From: an uncultured Planctomycetaceae bacterium
Lineage (GTDB): Bacteria; Planctomycetota; Planctomycetia; Isosphaerales; Isosphaeraceae
NCBI GenBank assembly: GCA_963826905.1
Contig: CAWGZA010000003.1
Span: 282,769-346,768 of the forward strand
Reading direction: 5' to 3'
Length of the DNA stretch: 64,000 nucleotides
Part shown: in pieces, positions 1-9,179 of the stretch
How positions within the stretch are numbered: the stretch's first letter is position 1
Layout of the letters: every line of letters begins with the position of its first letter
Notes under the pieces: generated by a model
Told to the model about the DNA's origin: nothing
Database searches by the model: none
The model's input: only the letters and a program-made list of their open reading frames with translations
Position numbers and translations under genes: made by a program

Positions 1-567
1 GACGTCCTGGGCACCGAGACCGACTGGAACCACCGGGGCAAGTGGCAGCCGATGGATGATGCGCACCTGCTCTACCGGCGGGCTCTCTGCAAAGGCAAGC
101 CGTTTTGCTTCCTGATGAACACGGAGTTCGAGAAGTTCTCTCATGAGCTCGTGGAAAAGTACATGAAGCGGTCGCTGGCCTACGGCTGCTTTCCCGGATT
201 CTTCAGCCACAACGCGGCCGAGGGCCACTACTTCACCCGGCCCGAACTCTACGATCGAGATCGGCCGCTCTTCCGCAAGTACGTCCCGCTGTGCAAGCTC
301 GTCGCCGAGGCCGGCTGGGAACCCATCACCGCGGCTCGTTCCAGCGACGAGCGCGTCCATATCGAGCGCTTCGGCGACCAGGCTACGCGCTATCTGACCA
401 TCTTCAACGACAGCCCACAGCACCGGAGCACCACAATCACACTGAGCATGAAGACACCAGCGGCCAGCCGCGAGCTTGTCCGAGGCAAGAACGTTTCGTG
501 GACAGACGACAAGGCGACGATCGCGCTGGACGCCGAGGACGTGGCCGTTTTCGAGATCGTGCCGTGA
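1..567 (+). CDS. C-terminal fragment of a hypothetical protein that starts before the window, possibly a glycoside-hydrolase-like beta-sandwich C-terminus
   Basis: Frame 1 is open from base 1 to the stop at 567 with protein-like composition; no family-specific motif recognised. Confidence 0.55.
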   Translation, partial: DVLGTETDWNHRGKWQPMDDAHLLYRRALCKGKPFCFLMNTEFEKFSHELVEKYMKRSLAYGCFPGFFSHNAAEGHYFTRPELYDRDRPLFRKYVPLCKLVAEAGWEPITAARSSDERVHIERFGDQATRYLTIFNDSPQHRSTTITLSMKTPAASRELVRGKNVSWTDDKATIALDAEDVAVFEIVP

Positions 568-767
568 GGCGATTGGACCGGGGAGCAGGGCATGACGGTC
601 CGCCCTCCATTCGCCTGGGAACTCGAGCTGATGGAGGGCTGCCTGCGAGCGATTCCGGCTTTCATCGCCCGGCACAAGCCCGAGGATCTCTCCAAGCACA
701 AGATGACTTTACCGGTCGCGTCAGGGTCGCTCACGTTGACGCTGTCGTGGATCGAGGAGTGATTGGA

Positions 768-2939
768 ATGCGTTTGTTCGCGTTGCTGGCCGTTTTGGTG
801 TTGATGCCGGTCGCTGCTCGGGCTGATGCACCTGAAGGCGCTGGCGATGCCTATCTCCGCTATGTGAGTTCAGCGCGTGAGTTCCGGCCGGTGCGGCAGG
901 ATCCGGCCTTTCTGATCGGACATTGGAACACGTGGATTTACATGCCCTGGCGCTATCAGTGGACGATCGGCACCGGTGACGCGGGTGGGCAGTTCTGCCG
1001 CGACTTCGGCTTTAACGGCGGTTTCACCGACCATGGCGAGGGGCCGCTCGACTGGCTCGCGCAATGGAATCTGCGGTTCTATAACGATCACACGGCCGGC
1101 AAGGGCGACCTGCATCTTCATGGGTCGGAGAAGAAGGCCAACTTCCAGCCCGACCAGCGCAATCCTCGAGTGATCCGTCACGGGACCGATGGACCCCGGC
1201 CCATCGACGCCAAGCTGACACGCCGGCTGCGCGACCTCGTCGCCGCCAACGTCACCCGACTGCGGGTGAGCCCCTTGCGGGTTGCCTATGCACTCGATGA
1301 CGAGATCTCCTGGGGATCTTTCGTCATGCCGCTGCCCTGGCGGATCAACGCCGATGACGCCGCTTACCAGCGCTGGCTCAACGCGTATTATGGAGGTCGG
1401 GCACCCAAGGCCCGGTTCGTGACACCGGATTTTACCCTGGCGCAACTGGACCACCACCTTGGAGAGCTCGATTTCTCCCCTCTGCTGGATCGCCTCTCCT
1501 ACCAGGACTCGGTCTGGGCGAACCTGATCCGCGAACTCGTCGAGCAGGCCAACCGGACCGACCCCGAGACGCCCTGCGGCTTCGTGGGCGGTCAGGCGCC
1601 CAACATCTGGGGCGGTTACGACTACGCCAAGCTCGCCAAGGCCATCCAGTTTATCGAAGTCTACGACCTCGGTTCCGCTCAAGAGATTCTCCGCTCGTTC
1701 AATCCGGGCAACGCCTGGGCCCAGGTCACCACGCATTTTCACAACGACAAGCTCGGCGTGGAGTCCGACATCTGGCAAAGCTGGTACTACTTCGCCCACG
1801 GCAACCGGGGCATGATCGGCTGGGTTGAGGGCTGGTTCGATGGGGTTAGGCCGAAACCCTGGCTCGAGCGGTACAAGGCCACGTTGCAAGAGCTGGGGAG
1901 CGTTCAAGGACCCAAGCTGGCCGGTGCCCGCTGGATCCACGACGGCGTGGCGATCTATTATTCGCATCCGTCGATCCAGGTCTCGTGGTGCCTCGACATC
2001 GAACCCCACGGCAAGACCTGGGTCAATCGCGACAACGACCACCGGCTGGGGACATCGCACAACGTTCGCAAGGCCTGGGAATACCTGCTGGCCGACTCGG
2101 GCATCCAGTACAACTTCCTCGCCTACGACGAGCTGATCCGCCGCGGAGTCCCCGCCGAATACAAGGTTCTGATCTTGCCGGCCTGCTATGCCCTCTCCGA
2201 CATCGAGGCCCGGCGGATCCGCGAATTCTGCCAGGCCGGCGGCACCGTGATTGCCGATTTCGCCTGTGGACTGTTCGACCAGCACGGCAAGGGCCGGACC
2301 CGCGGCGCTCTCGACGACCTGTTCGGCGTGTCCCACGACGGACGCCTCCGCAAGCAGGATTTCTTCGGCGGCTCGCTCTGGGTCGAGTCCAATCAAGACG
2401 CGGCCTATTCCTACACCAGGTACCGGCAGCTCCTCGACACGGTCAATTGCCGTCTCCAGGATGGGTTCGCCATCGCCGAGCACAAGCTCGGCACCCAGAA
2501 GGTGGTGCAGGCCGGACGTGGCAAGGCCGTTTATCTGAATCTCTCACCCCAGCGCTATCTCCAGTATCGCGAGGAAGGCACCGATAGCGACGCCCACCGC
2601 GCGACATTCCTCCGGGAGATCAACCCCACGGGCCGTCCGCCGCGCGTGGTGGTCACCCACGATGGGCTCAGGCCGCCCCAGTGCGAGGCCACATACTGGT
2701 CCAAGGGGGGCCGCACCTTCGTCTTCATCGTCAAGAACGTCCCCGTGAACGCCACCACCACGGGAGGCGGCGGAGCCGCCGGCCTGAGCTCGGCGGGGAT
2801 GGATCTCGATGTCTCGTTGCCGGCGGTCCGAAATGTCGTCGACGAACGGACCGGGAAATCGCTGGGAGAAGGCAAGACGTTCTCGTTCCGCTGGAACGGC
2901 GTCGAGCCCGTCTTCTTCAGCTATGAAGGTGCGGAATGA
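768..2939 (+). CDS. Secreted GH42-like protein (beta-galactosidase-type trimerisation domain), 723 aa
   Basis: ATG at 768 follows GGAG and opens a signal peptide MRLFALLAVLVLMPVAARA. The segment YKVLILPACYALSDIEARRIREFCQAGGTVIADFACGLF matches the Glyco_hydro_42M / class-I GATase-like motif. The ORF-track start at 291 is a high-GC N-terminal read-through. Confidence 0.7.
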   Translation: MRLFALLAVLVLMPVAARADAPEGAGDAYLRYVSSAREFRPVRQDPAFLIGHWNTWIYMPWRYQWTIGTGDAGGQFCRDFGFNGGFTDHGEGPLDWLAQWNLRFYNDHTAGKGDLHLHGSEKKANFQPDQRNPRVIRHGTDGPRPIDAKLTRRLRDLVAANVTRLRVSPLRVAYALDDEISWGSFVMPLPWRINADDAAYQRWLNAYYGGRAPKARFVTPDFTLAQLDHHLGELDFSPLLDRLSYQDSVWANLIRELVEQANRTDPETPCGFVGGQAPNIWGGYDYAKLAKAIQFIEVYDLGSAQEILRSFNPGNAWAQVTTHFHNDKLGVESDIWQSWYYFAHGNRGMIGWVEGWFDGVRPKPWLERYKATLQELGSVQGPKLAGARWIHDGVAIYYSHPSIQVSWCLDIEPHGKTWVNRDNDHRLGTSHNVRKAWEYLLADSGIQYNFLAYDELIRRGVPAEYKVLILPACYALSDIEARRIREFCQAGGTVIADFACGLFDQHGKGRTRGALDDLFGVSHDGRLRKQDFFGGSLWVESNQDAAYSYTRYRQLLDTVNCRLQDGFAIAEHKLGTQKVVQAGRGKAVYLNLSPQRYLQYREEGTDSDAHRATFLREINPTGRPPRVVVTHDGLRPPQCEATYWSKGGRTFVFIVKNVPVNATTTGGGGAAGLSSAGMDLDVSLPAVRNVVDERTGKSLGEGKTFSFRWNGVEPVFFSYEGAE

Positions 2940-3163
2940 GCACCCCGGCCAAATGCACCATCGATCCCTGAAGGAGTCACGAAGCGAATCGTCGAGACAT
3001 ACGGAGGCTTCAGTCTACCGCGAGGGAATCGATGGCCGGCCCCAGGCGCTTCAGGACAGCCGGCCAGTCGCCGCCCATGCCTTCGTAGGCTCTCTTGCCA
3101 GTTCAGCGATTCGTCGACTTCAATGGATCGCTTGTTGGTTCCACGCGGGCGCCAGCGCCGGAT

Positions 3164-3652
3164 TCACTTCCCCTCGACCTGGACCTCGATCCCATCGGGG
3201 TCAGGGAAGTAGACCCTGTTGCTCTCCCGCCGGGGCTTCAATCCAGCCGCTTTCAGCTTGGCCTCCACTTGATCGGCATCGTAACTCTTGATCGTGTAGC
3301 AATAATGGTTCAAACCGGGATGCTCACCCTTGAACAAGGTCAAGAAGAAACCCTCTCCGTCGCCGAGAAAGCAATTCTCCTCCCCGCTCTCCCGCACGAC
3401 CTTCAGCCCCAGGTGCTTGATGTAGAAGTCTCGGGAGTGGGGCACGTTGCGGACATTCAGGGCGACGTGATTGAGCCCCGTGGCCTGGAAGGTACTGCCC
3501 TCGGCATGACCGGCCTCGGCCGTCCGGCTCATCGCAGCCAGCGACGCTCCCAGCCCCATGAGCCTGGAAACAAGCTGACGGCGCGAAAGCAGCCCCCGCT
3601 CGAAGTCCTGGACTAGTGTCTCCGCGATGTCGGGTTGCATGATCAACCTCAT
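3164..3652 (-). CDS. VOC / glyoxalase family protein with Tat-type signal
   Basis: N-terminus SRRQLVSRLMGLGASLAA looks like a twin-arginine signal; the rest has glyoxalase/bleomycin-resistance-fold composition (HVALNVRNVPHSRDFYIKHLGL...). Confidence 0.75.
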   Translation of the reverse strand: MRLIMQPDIAETLVQDFERGLLSRRQLVSRLMGLGASLAAMSRTAEAGHAEGSTFQATGLNHVALNVRNVPHSRDFYIKHLGLKVVRESGEENCFLGDGEGFFLTLFKGEHPGLNHYCYTIKSYDADQVEAKLKAAGLKPRRESNRVYFPDPDGIEVQVEGK

Positions 3653-3838
3653 GTGAGAGAACGTGGATCAACCTGGATTGGAACTTGCATGATTGTGGCA
3701 ATCGCCGTTTCCCAGTCTTTCGCACACTCATTATCGGCCGCAAGCCCGATGCCGTTGCCTCTGGTCGACGGGAGTCCTTGATGAGTTCGGACTCCGGAAA
3801 TTGAACGGCACACCTCTGGCTGGAGAGATCCACTCTCT

Positions 3839-4288
3839 TCAGGCCGACTCGATGATGACCTCCGTCTTCACCGAGTTGGCAATGAAGCAGGCGTGGTGCG
3901 CCTGGTCATGAAGCCGGCGAAGTTCCTCGGCCGTCGGCTGCTTTTCGCCGCTGAACTGGATCTCGGGGCGAAGGGTCACCTGCGTGATAGCCAGGTTGCC
4001 CGCCGCATCCTTGGCCAGAATGCCGACGGCCTGATCGCGGTAGCTGTCCACCGTGAGCCGTTTCTTGCAGGCGATCGCCAGGAACGTCAGCATGTGGCAG
4101 CTCGAGAGGCTGGCGACAAACGCCTCCTCGGGATCGACACACGATTCGCTGCCCTTGTAGTCGGGCGCAGCCGAAGCTCGAACCACGATGCCTGCATCAA
4201 AGCGCCAGTCATGGTCCCGGTTGTAGGACTCGTAGGCGAAGTCAGGTGTCTCCCGTTTCCAATCGATCGTGACTCGATACTCGGACAT
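3839..4288 (-). CDS. OsmC/Ohr family peroxiredoxin-like protein
   Basis: 149 aa with the OsmC-like pattern including the paired Cys region (SCVDPEEAFVASLSSCHMLTF). Confidence 0.8.
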   Translation of the reverse strand: MSEYRVTIDWKRETPDFAYESYNRDHDWRFDAGIVVRASAAPDYKGSESCVDPEEAFVASLSSCHMLTFLAIACKKRLTVDSYRDQAVGILAKDAAGNLAITQVTLRPEIQFSGEKQPTAEELRRLHDQAHHACFIANSVKTEVIIESA

Positions 4289-4564
4289 GAGATATCTCCA
4301 GAGTTGCGGTGATGAAACCCGTCTTGCATTCTAAGGGCTGGAGCTGGTGAATCATCACAGAATCTTCGGATGCGTCGGTTGTCATCATGCTGGATGGACC
4401 CAGCCGAACGTGTTGTATCGAGTCGCCCCTGGCATTTCCTTCGCTTCCCTTGCCGGTTTTTCTGGACTGAACCCTCGACTTGCGGACGAGGACGTGGGAT
4501 CGTTCAGGCACCCGGAAAGAGCAGGGAGTATCCATTCTGCGTCCGGATAAACGGAGGCGATCGC

Positions 4565-6752
4565 ATGCGACGGGTACTTGCTGCTTGGATGGCCGGGTTG
4601 AGCCTGGCAACGATGGGGCTTGCTCAAACGGCGACACTGGAGAATCAGGGTCTGCGGCTCGAGCTTCAGCGTTCGGACGCTGCGATCAAGCTGATAGACA
4701 AGGGCACGGGTGTTGTCTGGGCGATCGGATCGCCCCAGGTAGTCATGGAAGACGGTCGGGCACAACCGGTTCGGCCGGCTGGTGAGCATCGCGCAGACCA
4801 AGGAGATCGTTGACATATCGCAGCGAGTTCGGGCTGGAATTCCGGGTCCGGCTCGGGCAGCACCCACCGGCCGTCGAGTACAGCTTTCGCGGGTGAATTT
4901 CAGAGCCTCAGGCCGACCCACGATCAGAGAGGTCCGGCTGTTCCACGATTCGCTGGCGGTCGGGCCGGGCGAGGAGAATTACTATGCGGTCCCGCACCGG
5001 ATGGGAATCCTGCTCCGGGCCGAGGAAGAGAAGCCCTCTTCGCGGCGGCTGGGCTACAGCAACGGTTGCTCGATGGCCATGATGGGAGCCGTTCAAAAGG
5101 GGTCGGCCTTGCTGGTGAGCTGGGACAGCCCCGAAGCATATCTCGTGATCGAACATGCGGTTCAACCCCACTCTCGGCTCAGTGCGGGGATCGCGATTCA
5201 AGAATCCGGACGCACCGTCCGGCTGCAGCCACTGGGAGGAGGCGGGTATGTCGAGATCGCCAAAGCCTACCGCCTGATCGCCCGCCAGCGCGGGTTACTC
5301 AAAACGCTGGCGGAAAAGATCAAGGCCAATCCCAGCGGTAGAAGAACTTCTGGGCGCGGCCGATTTCAAGCCGTTCGTGTTCGACCGGCTGAAGCCGAAG
5401 ACACCCTGGAACCGGACCGACAAGGAAATCGTTCATATCGGTTTCACGTTTTGATGAGGCGGCTCAACTGGCCGAGCACTGGAAGCAAGGACCTGGGAAT
5501 CGATCGTTCCCTGCTCGTCCTCGCCGGCTGGATCAATAAAGGGTACGACAACCAGCACCCGGATATCCTGCCGGCGGCGGCCGAACTGGGAGGAAACGCG
5601 GGATTGGCCGACTGTTCGCGGCGGGTCAAGGCGCAGGGATGGCTCTTCGGCCTGCACGACAATTACCAGGACTTGTACCGGGAAGCCCCTTCGTGGAGCG
5701 AAGATCTGGTCGTGAAAAATCGCGACGGTTCGCTGGCTGCCGGAGGGGTCTGGGCCGGCGGGCAGGCCTACTTCATTTGTGCCAGGAAGAGCCTGGAGCT
5801 GATCGCTCGGCCGCAGAACCTTCCCGGCGTCCGCCAGATCTGCGCGCCGGACGTCTACTTCATCGACACGGTCTTCGCCAGTCCGCCCCGGCCTTGCTTC
5901 GACCCCAAACACCCCGAAACCCGGGCCGACGATATCCGCAACAAGCAAGAGCTCTGCGACGTCGTCCGACGCCAGGGAATCCTCTTCGGCAGCGAAGAGG
6001 GCTTCGAGTGGGGCGTGCCTCATGCCGATTATTTCGAGGGCATTCTCTCGCACAAGAAGCAGAGCCATGCCAATCGATCAGAGATCGTCATCCCCCTGTT
6101 CGAGCTGGTCTACGGCGATGCGCATCCCAATGTACACCCATCAGAGCGACCGGCTCGCTGCCGACAACCCGGACCACGTCCTGGATTGCATCCTCTACGC
6201 CGAGATGCCGGTTTACTACTTCGGCAGCCACAAGCTACTGGGCTGGCTCGCGACCGGCCGACCAGCGGCCAGCCGGCTCGGCGGAGGCGCGATTCGTCTT
6301 TGCCCAGGGGAACCGGTTCGGACGGATCGATCAATTCATCAAGAATACTTACGAAGTGCTCGGCCCGCTCAATCGCCTTACCGGACTGTTGCCGATGACC
6401 GACCACCGCTTTCTCACCGCCGACCGCATTGGTCGAAACCACCCGCTTCGGCGACAACGTGCAAATCACCGTCAACTACGGCAAGGAGGACTACAAGATG
6501 CCGCTCGCCGTGCTGCCGCCTCATGGTTTTGTCGTCGAGAGCCCGACGTTCAAGGCCTGTTACGCCCGGAGTTTTCAGGGTCAGACCTTCGCCGAGCCGA
6601 CCTTCCTGGTCGTCCGGAGCCTCGATGATCACCCCCTCGAAACAGCCGGCCGGGTGCGTTTCTTTCGGGCTTTTGGAGACCGGCAGATCCGCTGGAATGG
6701 AAAGGTCGTTGATGTCGACGGGGACCTGACCGTGACCGGCACGAATCCGTGA
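4565..6752 (+). pseudogene. Secreted glycoside-hydrolase-like protein interrupted by at least 7 single-base (+1) frameshifts
   Basis: Signal peptide MRRVLAAWMAGLSLATMGLAQT in frame 2. The protein-like reading then hops frame 2 -> 0 (~4790) -> 1 (~5333) -> 2 (5452) -> 0 (5490) -> 1 (~6120) -> 2 (~6255) -> 0 (~6425) and ends at 6752. Segments include AVEELLGAADFKPFVFDRLKPKTPWNRTDKEIVHIGFTF, DEAAQLAEHWKQ, DLGIDRSLLVLAGWINKGYDNQHPD and FGSEEGFEWGVPHADYFEG. Confidence 0.55.
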
Positions 6753-6942
6753 GCGGGTGCCAGAAAAGCGATTACTGGCGGCCTCATGCAATCCCCCATG
6801 TCGATGGTGCATCTGAGCAGGGATTGAGTTCCGGCGCCAGGCAAGCATAGAATCTCGACTACATGCATTCTGTGGGATCGAGACTTGTCAGGTTGGCTTT
6901 GTACCAGGTGACTTGAATGTCACGCTGGAAGGGAGGCGTTGC

Positions 6943-7803
6943 ATGAGTCTGTCGCAGGTATTCCGCTCGCTCGGCCGAGCTTTGGTACTCTCCGTTTCTG
7001 TCCTGGTCATGACCAACGCAGTGCCCGGCGTTGCACGGGCCGCCGACCAGGTCACAATTCTGGTGCCGGCATACTTCTATCCGTCCTACCTGGGCTCGCC
7101 CTGGGATGACCTGACCACCGCCGCAACGACCGTTCCGATCGAGGCCATCATGAATCCGGACAGCGGCCCGGGCCCCGCATCGAACAGCGACTATGTGACG
7201 GCTGTCGGCAGCCTCCAGAAAGCGGGAGGGAAGGTGATCGGCTACGTTTACACGAGCTACGGCGCCAGGGCAGCCAGCGACATTCTCGCAGACGTTAAAT
7301 CGTACTTGACCTGGTACAACGTGGATGGCATCTTCCTTGACGAGATGGGCAACCAGGATGGGACGCTCGACTACGTGGGACTCTACAACTGCATCAAGGC
7401 GCAGTGCGCGAACCTGCACGTCGTCGGCAACCCGGGCATTCCATTTACCCAGGTCGAGGCTTATCTTGCCGCGGCCGACACGCTGAACATCTTCGAGGGC
7501 CCATTGACCACGACCATCCCCGATTCCGCCAACTTCGCGCAGTATCCTGATCGTGGTCCATACGAAGGGCTACCTCTCTGGTTCGAGGGCGTGTCCAGCT
7601 CTCAGATCGGGAACATCGTTTACGACGTCTCAAAGGACTGGCAAGCCGGGCTGACGCTCTTCAAGGCTCTGAGATACAACGCCGGTTACGTGTACATCAC
7701 CGACGAGAACCTGCCCAACCCCTACGCGGAACTTCCTTCGTACTGGAACGAGGAAGTAGAAGCCATCGCCCTCATCAATTCCTTGCTCGGTGGCCTGGAC
7801 TGA
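6943..7803 (+). CDS. Secreted spherulation-specific family 4 (spherulin-4-like) protein
   Basis: Signal peptide MSLSQVFRSLGRALVLSVSVLVMTNAVPGVARA; body resembles the spherulin-4 family (ILVPAYFYPS...WYNVDGIFLDEMGN). Confidence 0.6.
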   Translation: MSLSQVFRSLGRALVLSVSVLVMTNAVPGVARAADQVTILVPAYFYPSYLGSPWDDLTTAATTVPIEAIMNPDSGPGPASNSDYVTAVGSLQKAGGKVIGYVYTSYGARAASDILADVKSYLTWYNVDGIFLDEMGNQDGTLDYVGLYNCIKAQCANLHVVGNPGIPFTQVEAYLAAADTLNIFEGPLTTTIPDSANFAQYPDRGPYEGLPLWFEGVSSSQIGNIVYDVSKDWQAGLTLFKALRYNAGYVYITDENLPNPYAELPSYWNEEVEAIALINSLLGGLD

Positions 7804-8039
7804 TTGGCTCGGGCCAGGGCCTCTTTACCATGACGTCATGGACCGTTATGAAACGAGGGACGAAGTGATTCTCCGTTGCCCGAGAGGCCCTGGCCGTGCT
7901 GTCTTTACCACGCTTCGACCGGACACCCCGACTTGACCCTGTCTCTTGTCACGCGATACGATGAATTCCGGTTGGACAAAAGATGGACGGTCCTGGCTCT
8001 TCACCTTTTCGCTGCACGATTTAGAAGCGAACGATCTCA

Positions 8040-8115
8040 CGAAAGTCACGGGGCAACGGTGTGCAAGCACGTGTCTCATGAATGATACTTCGTTGATCTT
8101 TCGCCCTGGGAGCGA
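8040..8115 (+). ncRNA. Possible degenerate TPP (THI-box) riboswitch in the thiS-thiG leader
   Basis: Fragments resembling THI-box elements (GGGGCAACGG, CTCATGA versus CUGAGA, TTGATCTTTCGCCCTGGGAG versus ACCUGAUCUGG...CCAGCGUAGGGA) sit directly upstream of a thiamine-biosynthesis gene. The match is weak. Confidence 0.2.
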
Positions 8116-8117
8116 CC

Positions 8118-9148
8118 TTGGAGATCACGCTGAACGGCCAGCGCCGCGAGGTGCCCGCGCCGCTGACTGTCGCCCAGCTTCTGGTTCACCTGGAACTCAA
8201 GCCCGAGTTCGTGGCCGTCGAGGTTAACAGTGACCTTGTTGGTCGGGGCTCTCATGCCGACAAGCTGCTGGTGCCGGGGGATGTGCTGGAAATCGTCACG
8301 CTGGTCGGCGGCGGTTCAGGGGGTCCCTCGGCTCCTCAGCTTCCTCCCCTGAAGATTGGAACTCACACGGTCCGGAGCCGACTCTTTGTCGGCACGGGGA
8401 AGTATGCCACGCTCGACCTGATGCGTGACTGCCTGGAGGCGAGCGGGGCCGAGGTCGTGACCGTCGCGGTGCGTCGCGAGCGGCTGTTTGATCGCCAGGG
8501 TCGCAACCTGCTCGATTACGTCGATCCCCGGAGGTACACCATCCTGCCCAACACGGCCGGCTGTTTTTCGGCCCAGGAAGCCTTGCGCACGGCCCGACTG
8601 GGCGCGAGCTGCTCCAGGGGCTGGCGAACCCGGGGGCCGACTGGGTCAAGCTCGAGGTTCTGGCCGATACGCGCACCCTGCTGCCTGACCCGGTCGCCAC
8701 GCTCGAGGCGACCCGCGTGCTGGTGGATGAGGGCTTTCAGGTTCTCTGTTACACCAGTGATGACCCGATCATGGCCAGGAGGCTGAAAGAGGCGGGGGCG
8801 GCGTCGGTAATGCCGGCCGGCAGCCCGATCGGCAGCGGCCAGGGCGTTCTCAATCCCAACAATATCCGGATCATCCTCGAGGACCTCAAGGCCGGCGATC
8901 CCTCCTACCCCGTGATCGTGGACGCCGGGGTGGGCACGGCAAGCGACGTGGCCATCGCCATGGAACTGGGCTGCGACGGCGTCTTGCTCAACACCGGAGT
9001 CGCCGGCGCTGCCGATCCTCTGCGGATGGCACACGCCATGCGGCTGGCGATCGAGGCCGGCTGGCTGGCCGCGGGAGCCGGACGGATCTCCAAGAAGCTC
9101 TACGCCACGGCGTCCAGCCCCACGCAAGGGATGGTCGGCGCAAACTGA
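8118..9148 (+). CDS. thiG: ThiS-ThiG fusion (sulfur carrier plus thiazole synthase) with one frameshift near 8610
   Basis: N-terminal ~66 aa is ThiS-like and ends in the GG motif ([12 protein letters not shown]...EIVTLVGGG). ThiG continues as [42 protein letters not shown], shifts frame, and resumes [42 protein letters not shown]... Confidence 0.8.
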
Positions 9149-9179
9149 GAGCGGCCGGCAACTGATTCCCCCCTTCTCG

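Noticed and set aside
870-2483. Long antisense ORFs (870-2483 minus, 9625-11214 minus, 16754-18502 minus, 17518-18879 minus, 19218-20246 minus, 20736-21725 minus, 24832-25782 minus, 31682-33403 plus, 22662-23417 minus and others)
   Set aside because: These are typical stop-codon-poor shadow ORFs of 65% GC DNA. They have Arg/Gly/Pro/Ala-rich low-complexity translations and each is opposite a well-supported gene.
291-2939. 882-aa ORF-track call
   Set aside because: The first ~160 codons (RRGRLGTHHRGSFQRRARPY...) are Arg/Gly-rich high-GC read-through overlapping the upstream gene. The ATG at 768 with GGAG RBS and signal peptide is the credible start.
5639-6628. 329-aa plus-strand ORF in frame 2 across the GH-like pseudogene
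   Set aside because: Most of it (…RRSGREKSRRFAGCRRGLGRRAG…) is non-protein-like. Only the 6255-6425 segment is genuine coding and is accounted for as one frame-hop of the pseudogene.
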